Shown piece after piece: positions 27,917 through 38,774 of a stretch of 64,000 bases of DNA (positions are counted from its first letter, which is position 1; every line of letters starts with the position of its first letter). The DNA lies in assembly GCA_016203115.1 (NCBI GenBank), contig JACQNJ010000019.1, forward strand, positions 724-64,723, given 5' to 3'. This stretch comes from Candidatus Woesearchaeota archaeon (GTDB taxonomy: Archaea; Nanobdellota; Nanobdellia; SCGC-AAA011-G17; GW2011-AR20). Position numbers and translations under genes: made by a program. A model generated the notes under the pieces. The model saw only the letters and a list, made by a program, of their open reading frames with translations. It did not search any database and was not told the origin of the DNA.

Positions 27917-29374
27917 ATGCCAAAAAAATCCAAAGAAGGAATAACTTTTAAAAAAGAAGAAAATTTCTCAGAATGGTACTCAGAAGTTGTTCAAAAAGCT
28001 GAATTGGCTGATTTAAGATATGATGTCAAAGGATTTCTTGTTTTTCAGCCATGGGCAGTCCTGTCAATGGAAAAGATGTTTTATTATCTCGAAAAAGTTC
28101 TTCAAGAAAAAGGGCATAATCCTTACTGGTTTCCAACTTTAATACCTGAAAAAAATCTAAAGAAAGAATCTTCTCACATAGGGGGATTTACACCAGAAGT
28201 TTTTTGGGTTACTTCTCACGGAAAGGATGAACCAATAGAGGAAAAACTTGCTCTTCGCCCAACATCAGAGACAGGATTTTACCATATGTTCTCATATTGG
28301 ATAAGAAGTTACAAAGATTTACCTTTCAAGACATATCAAAGAGCTAATGTTTTCCGTTATGAAACAAAAGCAACGCGTCCATTTTTGAGAAGCAGGGAGT
28401 TTCAATGGATTGAAGCACATTGTGCTCATGAATCAGAAGAAAAAGCAATGCTTCAGGTAAGAGAAGATATGAAAACGACAAAAGAAGTTCTCCACGATAT
28501 TTTCGGACTTCCATTTATATTTTTCGAGCGTCCTTCCTGGGACAAATTTCCAGGAGCATTAAGAACTTTTGCAGCAGACGTTTTAAACCCTGATGGAAAA
28601 GTTGTCCAGCAGCCATCAACACACCTATTGAAACAAGAATTTGCAAAAGCATTTGACGTAAAATTCAAGGACAAGGATGGAACTGACAAATATGCGTTCA
28701 TAACCTGCTATGGTCCTGCTGTTTCAAGAATATTCGCCTCTGTAGTAATTGTTCATGGAGATGATAAAGGGCTTAAATTCCCATGGGAAATTGCGCCTGT
28801 TCAGGTAGTTATTGTTCCAATAGATACAGAAAATGAAAAAATAAAGAAAACAGCAAAGAATCTAAAAGAGCAAATTGAGAAATTCGCTTCTATAAAAATC
28901 GATGATTCTGAAAAACGTCCAGGAGAAAAATTCAATTACTGGGAAATGAAAGGAGTCCCAATAAGAATAGATATTGGAGAAAAAGATTTGAAAAATAAAA
29001 AGTTAACTTTGTTCAGGAGAGACCTGGATAAGAAAATTGTGGTTAACGAAAGCAAAGTTTTGAATGAAATAAAAAAAATAGCAGAAGAAACAACAGAAAA
29101 CCTAAGAAAAAAAGCAGACAAATTATTCAATAATAGAATAAGAGATGCCAAGAACATCTCTGAAATTAAAAAGGTTATTAATGATGGTGGAATTGCAAGA
29201 ATTTCTTTTTGTTCTGTGGAAAAACAAGGAGAAAAATGTGCAGAAGCTATTGAGAAACAAGCTAATGCACAAGTTCGGGGAACTAGGTTTGAAGAGAAGT
29301 CAGAAGTTTCAGAAAAATGCATTGTTTGTGGAACAAAAGCAAATCATGTTGTTTACATTGCAAGAGCATATTAA
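27917..29374 (+). CDS. proS: proline--tRNA ligase (archaeal/eukaryotic type)
   Basis: FSEWY, ALRPTSET, FRYETKATRPFLR.REF, C-terminal Zn domain ending ARAY. Confidence 0.96.
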   Translation: MPKKSKEGITFKKEENFSEWYSEVVQKAELADLRYDVKGFLVFQPWAVLSMEKMFYYLEKVLQEKGHNPYWFPTLIPEKNLKKESSHIGGFTPEVFWVTSHGKDEPIEEKLALRPTSETGFYHMFSYWIRSYKDLPFKTYQRANVFRYETKATRPFLRSREFQWIEAHCAHESEEKAMLQVREDMKTTKEVLHDIFGLPFIFFERPSWDKFPGALRTFAADVLNPDGKVVQQPSTHLLKQEFAKAFDVKFKDKDGTDKYAFITCYGPAVSRIFASVVIVHGDDKGLKFPWEIAPVQVVIVPIDTENEKIKKTAKNLKEQIEKFASIKIDDSEKRPGEKFNYWEMKGVPIRIDIGEKDLKNKKLTLFRRDLDKKIVVNESKVLNEIKKIAEETTENLRKKADKLFNNRIRDAKNISEIKKVINDGGIARISFCSVEKQGEKCAEAIEKQANAQVRGTRFEEKSEVSEKCIVCGTKANHVVYIARAY

Positions 29375-31290
29375 AATCTTAATATTTTACTAATCCAAGC
29401 ATACCACGGGGTATTAATAATAGTAATAGACAACTCTTCCCTAACAATATAATCTTTTCCATTTAGGTCTTTATAATTAACTTCAATAACCTCTTCATTA
29501 AAGTAAAAGAAATCCCCGTTGAATGGAATAACAAAATCACTTTTAAACTTTAAACTGTCCTGGGAAAAAACTTCTTTGCTTCCGATTTTTGCACGAACAG
29601 ATTTAAGTTCAGCATTTGGATTTAAACTAAATTTAAGTTCAGCATTTTCTTTATACTTGATAGTTGAGGGGTATTCCAGATCAATTATCTTGAGCTCAGA
29701 GCCTTTTAAGACATGCAAATCAAAATAGCTCCTCTTCAACAAGTTCTCGCCTCTTAAAGTGACAGTTCCTTCTTTCATCTCTTCATTTAAGGCAAATGTA
29801 AAATCAATAGATTTCTCTTCAGAAGGCAAAATCCCCAGTATCTTGCAGTCATTCTCAAAGCAGATTTCCAAATCCTTAAAAGAAGTTTTATCATTATTTT
29901 CAACAGTGCAATGAATCAAACCCTGCTCTTCATAAGTATAAAATATCTCCCTAGAAGGATTGCAAATTAGCTCAAAATCATTAACTTCTTTTTCATCTTT
30001 CAATTGCTCTACCTTAGACTGCGCTTCCTCGTTTGTATAAATATTATAATTCTCTGCATATTCTAGTTTAATTGATTGCATATGTCCATAAGAATCCTTT
30101 ACTTCCAATTCGGATTCATAAGTAAATCCCTCCTTAAGGTCAGAAGGAATATCTATAAGGAGTATAGCAGACTCGCTGCTTCCCGGCCTTAACAAGAGTT
30201 CAATGCTATTCTTCTTTATTTCAGTAGGGCCTTTAGTTAAGTATACAGTTACAGGCAAATAAAAGTTTTCATTATTCTTGACAGTAATCTTAAGAGGGAC
30301 TTTGCTTCCAGACCCAACATTATTTTTCAGTAGCTCTAAATTAATTTCATTATCATAAGCAACAAGATTTCCTTTGCTAACAACCTCAACTTTGATATCC
30401 ATCTCCTGAGGGTTTAGATTTATGTTTCTCGATCTCCAGGCATAATTAACACTAGAATTCTTAATATCTGCACTCTCCTTCATCTTGATGTGTGTAGAGT
30501 CAACATAGCCTAGTTGCCCATATGTAGGATCAAATGCAACCCATCCGACAGTAGGAAAGTAAACCTCAGCCCAGGCATGGTTTCCAAAACCATTAATAAC
30601 ATTAGTATAGCTAGATCCAGTAACAAACTTTGCTGGTATTCCCTGGGATCTCAGCATGGCAACAAAAAGAGTGGTAAGCTCATCGCATACTCCCCTCTTA
30701 TTTTCCAAAACCCAAACAGAACTCTGTGAAGCTTCTGCAGTTAAAGTCTCAAGATCATATTCAATATTCTCTTTAGTCCATGAGGCTATTTTGTAAACAA
30801 CAACAAAGAGATCATCTTCTCCATTAGTCAATTCTTCTGCCTTTTCAATAATTCTAGGATCCTCAGAGTTAACCAGAGAAGTTGAGGTTAAATATTGCTT
30901 ATATTCACTTAAATCTTCCTTAATAGGAAAAGGAATCTTTTTTGTAACTTTATTAAAGTTGGTCCTAGTTTCAATTAAAGACTCAACGCCAAAAGTAAGC
31001 TCTGGACTGTAATATTTCCAAGTATAAAGAATAGTCTCTCCCTTGTTGATTTCAGCATTAGGAGTAGAAAAAATATTATCATTTTTAACTTCTTGAAATT
31101 CATAATTTTTAGGAAAAAAACTAAGCTCGCTGGAGATATACTCTAAACTGTAGGTATTAGACTCCTTGACAACTTCCAATTCACCTTGAACTCTTGCTTG
31201 TAACTTCACAAAGTCATAATCATTCAATTCTTCAGCATAAACACTAGTTAAAAACACAAAAAAAATAAAAAATATGATAAAAAGTTTCAT
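29371..31290 (-). CDS. secreted transglutaminase-like protein
   Basis: signal peptide; GVCDE (Cys), HAWAEVY (His), FDPT (Asp). Confidence 0.88.
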   Translation of the reverse strand: MKLFIIFFIFFVFLTSVYAEELNDYDFVKLQARVQGELEVVKESNTYSLEYISSELSFFPKNYEFQEVKNDNIFSTPNAEINKGETILYTWKYYSPELTFGVESLIETRTNFNKVTKKIPFPIKEDLSEYKQYLTSTSLVNSEDPRIIEKAEELTNGEDDLFVVVYKIASWTKENIEYDLETLTAEASQSSVWVLENKRGVCDELTTLFVAMLRSQGIPAKFVTGSSYTNVINGFGNHAWAEVYFPTVGWVAFDPTYGQLGYVDSTHIKMKESADIKNSSVNYAWRSRNINLNPQEMDIKVEVVSKGNLVAYDNEINLELLKNNVGSGSKVPLKITVKNNENFYLPVTVYLTKGPTEIKKNSIELLLRPGSSESAILLIDIPSDLKEGFTYESELEVKDSYGHMQSIKLEYAENYNIYTNEEAQSKVEQLKDEKEVNDFELICNPSREIFYTYEEQGLIHCTVENNDKTSFKDLEICFENDCKILGILPSEEKSIDFTFALNEEMKEGTVTLRGENLLKRSYFDLHVLKGSELKIIDLEYPSTIKYKENAELKFSLNPNAELKSVRAKIGSKEVFSQDSLKFKSDFVIPFNGDFFYFNEEVIEVNYKDLNGKDYIVREELSITIINTPWYAWISKILRF

Positions 31291-32318
31291 CTTATGCTTT
31301 TTTGGATTCTATTCTTGAACTTAATAAAATCTTGTTTTTTGACATGAAATCCGCAGGCAAAGGTGTGTCCTCCTCCCTGTCCCTCTAGCCCCTCCAAAGA
31401 CTTAGACAAAATAGAGGGTAATTCTATACCTGAACTCTCTGATGATCTCAGGCTCCCTTTCACTTCCTCATTTTGCTCTCTTCCAACAAGAATAACCTTA
31501 TCTGGATATCTATAGATTAGCTCATTGGAAAGCTCACTTGAAAAGCTGTATTTCTTATGACTGTAGGTGAAGACTACAAGTTTATCTTCTCTGCTTTCAA
31601 GGATTGCTTTTTCTAAAAAAGTCTTATACACTTTATTTACTTTATCAAATTTTTCATAAAGCATTTTTCCAGCTTCACTTTTCTGGGAGAGGATCTCGTA
31701 AGGTGTCCTAATATTTAATAGCAAACTAATATATTCATAAACATCACCAGCTCTCCCTTTCAGAATAAAAGAAAAAACCTTTACAATCTTACCAAAATCA
31801 GTATCAAACATGACTTCAGGTGGATTTTTAATAATTTTTGAAGGTACAAGATCTTTATACTTTTTCTTGAATTGAGTGTAACAGGAAAGATGCCAGTCTC
31901 CTACAATTCCCACCATAGCAATCCAAAGATTGTCATTTGTAATCTTATAGCACCAATAAGAAACAGGTCTATTATCTTTATCATCTCTCAGTCTTGGATT
32001 AAAGTAGTCAACCCCTCCATGAAAATTTTCAGGGGAATGATGGTCTATCCAGATAATTGGAACATGAGCTTCTTTGATAAATTCATCAGAAATCATAGGT
32101 TTGTCTAAAACAAGAATCAAATCAGGGCAATATTGTCTCACTTTCAGGATATAGCGCTCATCTAGGACAGGAGAATTTTTCAATATAACCCCTTTAAACT
32201 TTTTATATTTCTTTTCTAACAGCAAGTAGCTGCAAAGGCCGTCAGGATCATCATCAAAAAAAACAAGAGGGTTCTGGCTCTTTTCAATAATTTCCCTTAT
32301 TTCTCTGAGATTAATCAT
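31287..32318 (-). CDS. DHH/DHHA1 family phosphoesterase
   Basis: DDDPDG, LVLD, IDHH, GGGH. Confidence 0.88.
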   Translation of the reverse strand: MINLREIREIIEKSQNPLVFFDDDPDGLCSYLLLEKKYKKFKGVILKNSPVLDERYILKVRQYCPDLILVLDKPMISDEFIKEAHVPIIWIDHHSPENFHGGVDYFNPRLRDDKDNRPVSYWCYKITNDNLWIAMVGIVGDWHLSCYTQFKKKYKDLVPSKIIKNPPEVMFDTDFGKIVKVFSFILKGRAGDVYEYISLLLNIRTPYEILSQKSEAGKMLYEKFDKVNKVYKTFLEKAILESREDKLVVFTYSHKKYSFSSELSNELIYRYPDKVILVGREQNEEVKGSLRSSESSGIELPSILSKSLEGLEGQGGGHTFACGFHVKKQDFIKFKNRIQKSIR

Positions 32319-33673
32319 TTTCTATTTCTGTAATAGTCATAAACGGCTTTTATAGATTTTACTGCATTTTCTGGAAATTGGAAACAAGGAATGCTTTTTT
32401 TCTCTAATGATTCCTTCAACTCACCAGTTAAATAGCTTCCTGTACTCACAACAACAATAGGTTTAAGATTTTTATGGTTAAGTTCTCCTATAACATCTAC
32501 AATGCTTTTAGAAAGCCTCGGTGTCTGATAAAGCAAGTTCACAAGCAAAACATCATTATTCTTGTCATGCAAACAAGTCTCAATAGCTAATTTATATCTT
32601 AAATCATCCGCATCTCCTACTAAATCTAAGGGATTTGAAACAGTGGCTATTGAAGGCAAAGAGCCTTTCAATTTTTTCTTGGTTGATTCACTAAGCTCAG
32701 CAAGCTTTAAGCCATTATGGATAATAGCATCACTGCTAATAACCCCATGCCCCCCGCCATTAGTAATAATTTGAACTCTATTTCCTCTTATTTTAATATT
32801 CTTCTCAAATATTCTTAAGAAATCAAAAATATCCTGGATAGACTCAGCAGAAACAACATTGGCTTGATGAAAAACCCCTTGATAAACTTCATAAGCTCCT
32901 GCTAATGATCCTGTATGACTTAGAGTAGAATTGTTACTTTCACTAAACTTCCCTCCCTTAATGGCTAAAACAGGCTTTCTCATTCTTTTGAGTGTTTCAA
33001 GAAATTTCTTGCCATTTTTTACTCCTTCAATATACATAACAATAAGGTCTGTAGTCTTATCCTTGTCCAAATAATCTAAGATATCAGATTCGTCTACATC
33101 TAAAGAATTTCCATAGCTCACAAATTTTGATAGGCCATAGCCCTCTGCACTAATTAAATCTAAAACAGAAGATCCAAATGCTCCAGATTGGGTTACAAAA
33201 GAAATGTTTCCCTTCCTTGGTCTTTGCAGCCTTGATAAAGGAATAAACAAAGTGTCTACAGCATGGTAATTATCAATAATCCCAAGGCAGTTTGGTCCTA
33301 CAAATTTCATCCCGTATTTACTCAGTAATTCAACAAGCTCTTGATCTAATTTTACATTTCCCGATTCCTTAAATCCAGCAGTAACCATCAAGATATTTTT
33401 GATTCTCTTCTGAGCACATTCCTTAATAACACTTAGTACAGCCTTGCTAGGAACTGCTATAACAGCAAGGTCTATTTTCTCTTTTATATCATTAACAGAA
33501 TGATAAGACTTATACCCTAAAACAAAATCTTCATTTGGATTAACAGCAAAAACTTCACCTTTAAATCCTGAATCTACCAAATTCTTGAAAATAACAGAAC
33601 CAATTTTCTCAGGAGTCTTAGAAACACCTAAAACAGCTACAGACTTAGGTTCAAAAAAATTTCTTAGATCCAT
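32315..33673 (-). CDS. acdA: acetate--CoA ligase (ADP-forming) alpha subunit
   Basis: CoA-binding PKSVAV.G.S, GPNCLG, QSGA, SHTGSLAG phospho-His, NPLDL.GDA. Confidence 0.92.
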   Translation of the reverse strand: MDLRNFFEPKSVAVLGVSKTPEKIGSVIFKNLVDSGFKGEVFAVNPNEDFVLGYKSYHSVNDIKEKIDLAVIAVPSKAVLSVIKECAQKRIKNILMVTAGFKESGNVKLDQELVELLSKYGMKFVGPNCLGIIDNYHAVDTLFIPLSRLQRPRKGNISFVTQSGAFGSSVLDLISAEGYGLSKFVSYGNSLDVDESDILDYLDKDKTTDLIVMYIEGVKNGKKFLETLKRMRKPVLAIKGGKFSESNNSTLSHTGSLAGAYEVYQGVFHQANVVSAESIQDIFDFLRIFEKNIKIRGNRVQIITNGGGHGVISSDAIIHNGLKLAELSESTKKKLKGSLPSIATVSNPLDLVGDADDLRYKLAIETCLHDKNNDVLLVNLLYQTPRLSKSIVDVIGELNHKNLKPIVVVSTGSYLTGELKESLEKKSIPCFQFPENAVKSIKAVYDYYRNRK

Positions 33674-33719
33674 TAAAATTAAAAGAATTTTTAAATATAT
33701 AAAAATATGTATATAATAT

Positions 33720-34358
33720 ATGAAAATCTATACAGAATATAAATCAGAGTTATTTATAAAAAAGTTTGGTGTAAAAGTTACAAAATCTTACCTGACAAAA
33801 GGTATTAAAGAAGCCTTGGCTCTTTCTAGAAAAGTGAATTTTCCTCTAGTAGTAAAAATTATCTCTCAAGATATCTTGCACAAAACAGATGCAGGTGGGG
33901 TGATAAAATGTAGCAATAAAGAAGACCTCATACAAGCTTATTATAAAATCTTGAGCATTATAAAAGAAAAAAAAGCCTCCCTAGAAGGAATATTAATACA
34001 AGAATATATTACAGGAAATGAAATAATAATAGGTATAAAAAAAGACCCTACTTTTGGGCACATAATCCTATTTGGCTTAGGGGGGGTTTACACAGAAGTC
34101 CTTAAAGATGTTTCATTAAGAGTATGTCCAATCAACAAAAAAGAAGCTTTAAGGATGATCAATGAAATAAAAAATATTAAGATTCTTGAAGGATATAGAA
34201 AACAAAAGCCAGTTGATAAAAATGTTTTAAGTGCCCTTTTAATGAAAATTTCTCAAATTCCATTAAAAAATAAAGGCATTGCAGAGCTTGATATCAATCC
34301 TTTAATAGCGAATGGAAAATCAATTATAGCTGTAGATGCAAGGATGATAATAAACTGA
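33720..34358 (+). CDS. acdB: acetate--CoA ligase (ADP-forming) beta subunit, ATP-grasp
   Basis: FPLVVKI.S..I.HKTD.GGV, DPTFG...LFGLGG, ELDINPL, VDAR. Confidence 0.92.
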   Translation: MKIYTEYKSELFIKKFGVKVTKSYLTKGIKEALALSRKVNFPLVVKIISQDILHKTDAGGVIKCSNKEDLIQAYYKILSIIKEKKASLEGILIQEYITGNEIIIGIKKDPTFGHIILFGLGGVYTEVLKDVSLRVCPINKKEALRMINEIKNIKILEGYRKQKPVDKNVLSALLMKISQIPLKNKGIAELDINPLIANGKSIIAVDARMIIN

Positions 34359-34413
34359 AAAGATTAAATCTAAATATTTTTTAATAATCTGTAAAAAATT
34401 TCAAAAGGTAATA

Positions 34414-34983
34414 TTAACTCTTTCCTCTATTCCTATGAGCTCTCAAGCTAGGTCTTACTTTTTCATATCCCTTACCCTTACCAGCAAGTCCTCTGCTTTT
34501 TCTTCCTGCAGAAGTCAATCCTCTATAAACCCTGCCAGAAGTATTTTTCAGCCACTTCATATCTTTGTACTTACTTACTAACTCTCTATCCACTAAAATA
34601 ACTTCATAGAATTTATGAGTCCCATCTACTCCAATTTGATAAGAATTCAAGATTTCACAATTAGGATATTTTTTCTGAGCTCTTTCCTCGGCAATCCACT
34701 GGTAGCTTTTCCCAACAATCTTCTTTCTTCTCATATGCTTGCTTCTTCTGCCTTTTCTTATTTTTGGTCTTTGCCTATTGCTTTTGCCAAGTCTTACTCT
34801 AGCTAAAACATATCCTTGTTTTGCTTTATAACCCAAACTCCTTGCCCTGTCAATTCTTGTAGGTCTTTCTATTCTCACAACAGAATTGCCTTCCCTCCAT
34901 GTAACTAGTCTCTCCTGCACAAGAGTTCCTAAAGATTCTTTAGGCTTCTTCCATAATTGTTTAACTTGGCTGTAAAGGCTCAT
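34414..34983 (-). CDS. rpl15e: 50S ribosomal protein L15e
   Basis: RIERPTRIDRARSLGYKAKQG, RGLTSAGRKSRGL. Confidence 0.97.
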   Translation of the reverse strand: MSLYSQVKQLWKKPKESLGTLVQERLVTWREGNSVVRIERPTRIDRARSLGYKAKQGYVLARVRLGKSNRQRPKIRKGRRSKHMRRKKIVGKSYQWIAEERAQKKYPNCEILNSYQIGVDGTHKFYEVILVDRELVSKYKDMKWLKNTSGRVYRGLTSAGRKSRGLAGKGKGYEKVRPSLRAHRNRGKS

Positions 34984-35021
34984 AGTTATTACTCTAAAAA
35001 ATAGGTTTTAAAAGCTTTCCC

Positions 35022-36158
35022 CTATCTCGTTTTAAAAGCCAGATAAGCTAAACTGCCTATACTAGCTACAAAAAACCCAGCTATAAGAGTCTCAGTAAAA
35101 AGAACAGACAAAAGAACAATAATTTTGCCCAAGCTAAATCCGATTTCTCTAAAGATAACATATTCAGCTTTATTTCTCTTGTTCATCTTGTCATAAAACA
35201 TAGAGCTAAAAGGTATATCAGCTAAAACAAAAGATAATCCAGAAAATAATTCAACAATAAAAATTTGGTAAAAACTAGAAGCAACCCAGCGAACAGCCCA
35301 TACTAAAGAATGAACAAGAGCCCCTATTCTCAAAAGATTTTTTCTTTTTTTAGTATCAGCAAGTTTCCCAATATAAAAGGAAAACAAAGCAATGATAAGA
35401 GAGCTGGCAGTTATAAGAACTCCAATGCCAATATAGCCTTTCAATATAGTATAAATAAACAAAGGCCAGAATAGAGTCACAGTCATAATTCTAGTTCCCA
35501 GTCCAGCAAAAATCAAAGTATCTTTAAAATAGGTTTTATGGAATACCCTCTTAAATGAAAATTTTGTTTTTTCATGATTATCAGGCGTCATTAATAAAGG
35601 AATTGCACTGACAAACAAAAGAACACTAAATATGTAAAACAGGACAGTAAAACCAAGGTAAGTAAGTATCAAACCCCCAACAAAAGGTCCGATAATTCCG
35701 GATAATATTAAAAGAGAATACAGTGATCCTAACTCTCTCCCTCTCCTTTCTTTATTGCTAAATTTGGCAAATTCAATATTAAACCCCGTCCAAAAAAGAG
35801 TACCAGAAAGTGCATAAACAATAGCAGGATAAACATAGTTAATATCATTATTTTTTAATAAAACCAGCAATCCTAAAAAAAGGATATCAAAGGGGACACT
35901 AGCAACAATCATATGCTTCAACCCGAATCGAGAGGACAGTTTAGCAACAAAAGGAGTAAAAGCTGCAAAAAGCACAGACCATATCAAGAAAAAATAAATA
36001 ATCTTGTCAATGCTAAATTCCAGCTCCTTATACATATATATTGGTATAAAAACTCCAACCAAAGACAAAGCCAAAGATTTCAGAATAACCGCAAAATACA
36101 GCTCAGAAAGTTCATCTCTGGACAAAGACCGGATAAAATTCAATGATTGATACTGCAT
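35022..36158 (-). CDS. MFS transporter
   Basis: about 12 TM helices, GKLAD motif; ATG at 36158 preferred over upstream TTG. Confidence 0.85.
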   Translation of the reverse strand: MQYQSLNFIRSLSRDELSELYFAVILKSLALSLVGVFIPIYMYKELEFSIDKIIYFFLIWSVLFAAFTPFVAKLSSRFGLKHMIVASVPFDILFLGLLVLLKNNDINYVYPAIVYALSGTLFWTGFNIEFAKFSNKERRGRELGSLYSLLILSGIIGPFVGGLILTYLGFTVLFYIFSVLLFVSAIPLLMTPDNHEKTKFSFKRVFHKTYFKDTLIFAGLGTRIMTVTLFWPLFIYTILKGYIGIGVLITASSLIIALFSFYIGKLADTKKRKNLLRIGALVHSLVWAVRWVASSFYQIFIVELFSGLSFVLADIPFSSMFYDKMNKRNKAEYVIFREIGFSLGKIIVLLSVLFTETLIAGFFVASIGSLAYLAFKTR

Positions 36159-36260
36159 AAATATGAACAGAAAACGCAATATAAAAAGGTTACCTGCATC
36201 ACAATAAAGTATTTAAATAGAGAGTAGCTACTAAAAAATTAAGAAATAGGGGGTATAGGA

Positions 36261-36452
36261 ATGAATGCAACAAAAGGGTTATTTAAGCTTGTAATAGGGA
36301 TAATTTTAGTGGTTGCTGCATTATGGGTATCAACAACATATATTGGATGGGGCAAGGCAGCATTAGATCTGCTCCAAGGCTCAATAATCTTATTTGTAAT
36401 TTTAGTGGGTTTTATTGTGTTCATAATAGGATTAACAGATCTAAAAGCCTAA
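36261..36452 (+). CDS. small two-TM membrane protein
   Basis: AGGGGGT RBS; two hydrophobic helices. Confidence 0.7.
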   Translation: MNATKGLFKLVIGIILVVAALWVSTTYIGWGKAALDLLQGSIILFVILVGFIVFIIGLTDLKA

Positions 36453-37181
36453 TCTTTTAACTTTCTTTTTTATTTTCTTAAGAATGCTACCTTTAGAATG
36501 CTCTTTTTTAATTTTTGGTTTAATCTTGGACTTTTTAACAATTTTCTCAGGTTGAGGAGTTTTTTTCTTTATTTTTTTCTTTGGTTTCTTCTTGGCAATT
36601 TTCTTTTTTTTCGCAGCCTTCTTCTTGGCTTTATTAGGTTTTGCCTCTTCCTCTATAACTTCAATCTTAAAATTTTCTATTTCAGTAATATCCTTCTCTA
36701 TCAAACCAATTTCTTCTTTAATTTCTGCAATAGATTTCTCCTTATTCTCCTCAATTAATAATTTACCGCAATCAACGCATTTAAAATCATGTTCCATTGC
36801 TTCCTCAAGCTTAGCTCTCACATGGTTATCTGGGCATTTAAAAAAATTCTTAGTTTCCTGCTCTGTTAAAATATGTTTTAATTCTTTCAGTCGCTCATTT
36901 TTCCTTTTAAGCAGTAGTTCTTTAGCATAATTCATGTTAAAAGTCCAGTAATAGATATACCACCCCTTCTCTTTGTCCTTTTTCCTTACAGAATAAACAA
37001 GATTATGGGCATGTAAAGAATAAAGAATATTTCTGACAGTATTTATGTTTAATCTCAAATCTTCTGCAAGTTTAAACTCACTAACATTCTTTTGGTTATG
37101 CAATCCTCTAAAAACCTTAATTGAGTCTTCTGTAGAAACATTCCTAAGAAACTCCTCAAGAATAGCATGCAGATTTCTCAT
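36441..37181 (-). CDS. tfe: transcription factor E alpha with Lys-rich C-terminal tail
   Basis: winged helix (LAE.L...IN.VR..LY.L, KDK.KGWY.YYW), Zn ribbon CP..H...C..CG. Confidence 0.88.
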   Translation of the reverse strand: MRNLHAILEEFLRNVSTEDSIKVFRGLHNQKNVSEFKLAEDLRLNINTVRNILYSLHAHNLVYSVRKKDKEKGWYIYYWTFNMNYAKELLLKRKNERLKELKHILTEQETKNFFKCPDNHVRAKLEEAMEHDFKCVDCGKLLIEENKEKSIAEIKEEIGLIEKDITEIENFKIEVIEEEAKPNKAKKKAAKKKKIAKKKPKKKIKKKTPQPEKIVKKSKIKPKIKKEHSKGSILKKIKKKVKRLGF

Positions 37182-37320
37182 AATAAGATTTTACTGTGAG
37201 AAAGTGTTTAAAAACTTTTTTATAATAGGAAATATTCACTATTAAGAAATGATGAGAAAAGTTTTAATAAATAGTTCCTCAAATTTTTAGATATAATCAT
37301 GAAAAGAGGTGTATATCAAG

Positions 37321-37779
37321 ATGGGATTATTCTCAAATAAGAAAGAAAGACCAGAAATGCCCAAGCCAGAAATGTATAGTTTCGATGCTCCAAAAATTCC
37401 AAATTTGGAGAGGCTGCAGTTTCCAGAGCCAAATTTCCCAGAATCAAAAATGAGCATGCCAAGAAAAATGGTTTTACCTGATGAACTTAGCTCCATAAAA
37501 AGGTCAGTTGCAATATCTCCAGCTCCTCCAAGCATTGCATCTTCTTCTGATGAACGTTATGTTTCAAAAAAAGGTCTTTTTATTAAAATAGAAAAATACA
37601 AAGAAGCTCTAGAGAGCATTGAGCAAATAAAAACAAGGATTAATGAAATTGAGAATGCCCTGATGAATCTGGAAAAAATGAGAAGGCAGGAAGACCTAGA
37701 AATAGAGAAGTGGAGGCGCGATTTAAACAGTATTAAGCAAAAACTATTAGGGATAGACAACACATTGTTTAGAGAATGA
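37321..37779 (+). CDS. Pro-rich / coiled-coil hypothetical protein
   Basis: GAGGTG RBS before ATG 37321; LFIKIEKYK...W...L..IK.KL..ID pattern. Confidence 0.7.
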   Translation: MGLFSNKKERPEMPKPEMYSFDAPKIPNLERLQFPEPNFPESKMSMPRKMVLPDELSSIKRSVAISPAPPSIASSSDERYVSKKGLFIKIEKYKEALESIEQIKTRINEIENALMNLEKMRRQEDLEIEKWRRDLNSIKQKLLGIDNTLFRE

Positions 37780-38201
37780 AAAAAAAGATTAGAAGAAAAG
37801 TAGTGCACAGAGAGCCAGAGCAGATCTATTTTGAAATCTATGAACCAAGAGAGTTGAGAAGAAAAATCCTTTCAAGTGCTATAGAGATTGTAGACACATT
37901 AAAAAACTACGAGCTCTCAAAAGATACAAGGTCAGCTAAAGAAAAACAGTTACGCCATGCAAAAAGTGTCTTTTCACATATGAAAAGCAGTTTTAGAAGC
38001 CTAAAGAGTTCTCTGCCACCAGTCCCAAAATATGCACTGCCAAAACCAGAAAAAAAACATTTCTTATTTAAAGAAGTAAAAGTAGAAGTTAAAAAAACAA
38101 AAGAGTTTCCCCCTCAAAATATGCTTCCGCAAGAATCTTCAGCAGTAAAAAGGCTGGAAAATGAATTGTCCCAGATAAGGAACAAATTAGAAAGTATTTA
38201 G
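37776..38201 (+). CDS. hypothetical coiled-coil protein
   Basis: ATGA overlap with previous gene; C-terminal LENEL..I..KL helix. Confidence 0.7.
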   Translation: MKKKIRRKVVHREPEQIYFEIYEPRELRRKILSSAIEIVDTLKNYELSKDTRSAKEKQLRHAKSVFSHMKSSFRSLKSSLPPVPKYALPKPEKKHFLFKEVKVEVKKTKEFPPQNMLPQESSAVKRLENELSQIRNKLESI

Positions 38202-38240
38202 CACAGAAAGCCTTATAATTTTTTTTCTCTTTACAGATTT

Positions 38241-38774
38241 ATGAAAAAAGTCCTGATACTAATAATCCTTATTTCCTTAATCAGCCCAGTTGTTCTTGCC
38301 GGAGAAATCCACCGTTTGGATCTCAACAAAAATCCAGTAGAAGTAAGAGAAATAAGAGAAGGAGATTTAGTTGAGATTAGCATTGGAAACAAAACGCAAA
38401 AAATAATTCTAAAGAAAGTTTTATTTCCTAAGAACATAATCAACTTGGCATTATTCATAGAGGGGTCAGATACACCCTCATACATATCAATGAGTTATAA
38501 CCAGCAGATGAGGCTTGACTTTTATAATGATAAAGTAGATGATATGATTTTGGTTCTCGAGTCCCTTTCACCAGAGCAGGCGAGAATAATCTTCAGGTCA
38601 ATGGATGAGAAGGGAAACCCTGTAATAACTAATCAAGAAATAGGAGGACTATCAAAAATAACAGGAGAAGAAGTAAAAGGAAATAATGCTCCAAATTTAA
38701 AAACAGGGATTATTATCATTGCGAGCATCATTATAGTAGGATTAATAATCTCATTTATCTTCTTAAAAAAGTGA
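38241..38774 (+). CDS. secreted protein with C-terminal TM anchor
   Basis: signal peptide and C-terminal TM followed by KK. Confidence 0.75.
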   Translation: MKKVLILIILISLISPVVLAGEIHRLDLNKNPVEVREIREGDLVEISIGNKTQKIILKKVLFPKNIINLALFIEGSDTPSYISMSYNQQMRLDFYNDKVDDMILVLESLSPEQARIIFRSMDEKGNPVITNQEIGGLSKITGEEVKGNNAPNLKTGIIIIASIIIVGLIISFIFLKK

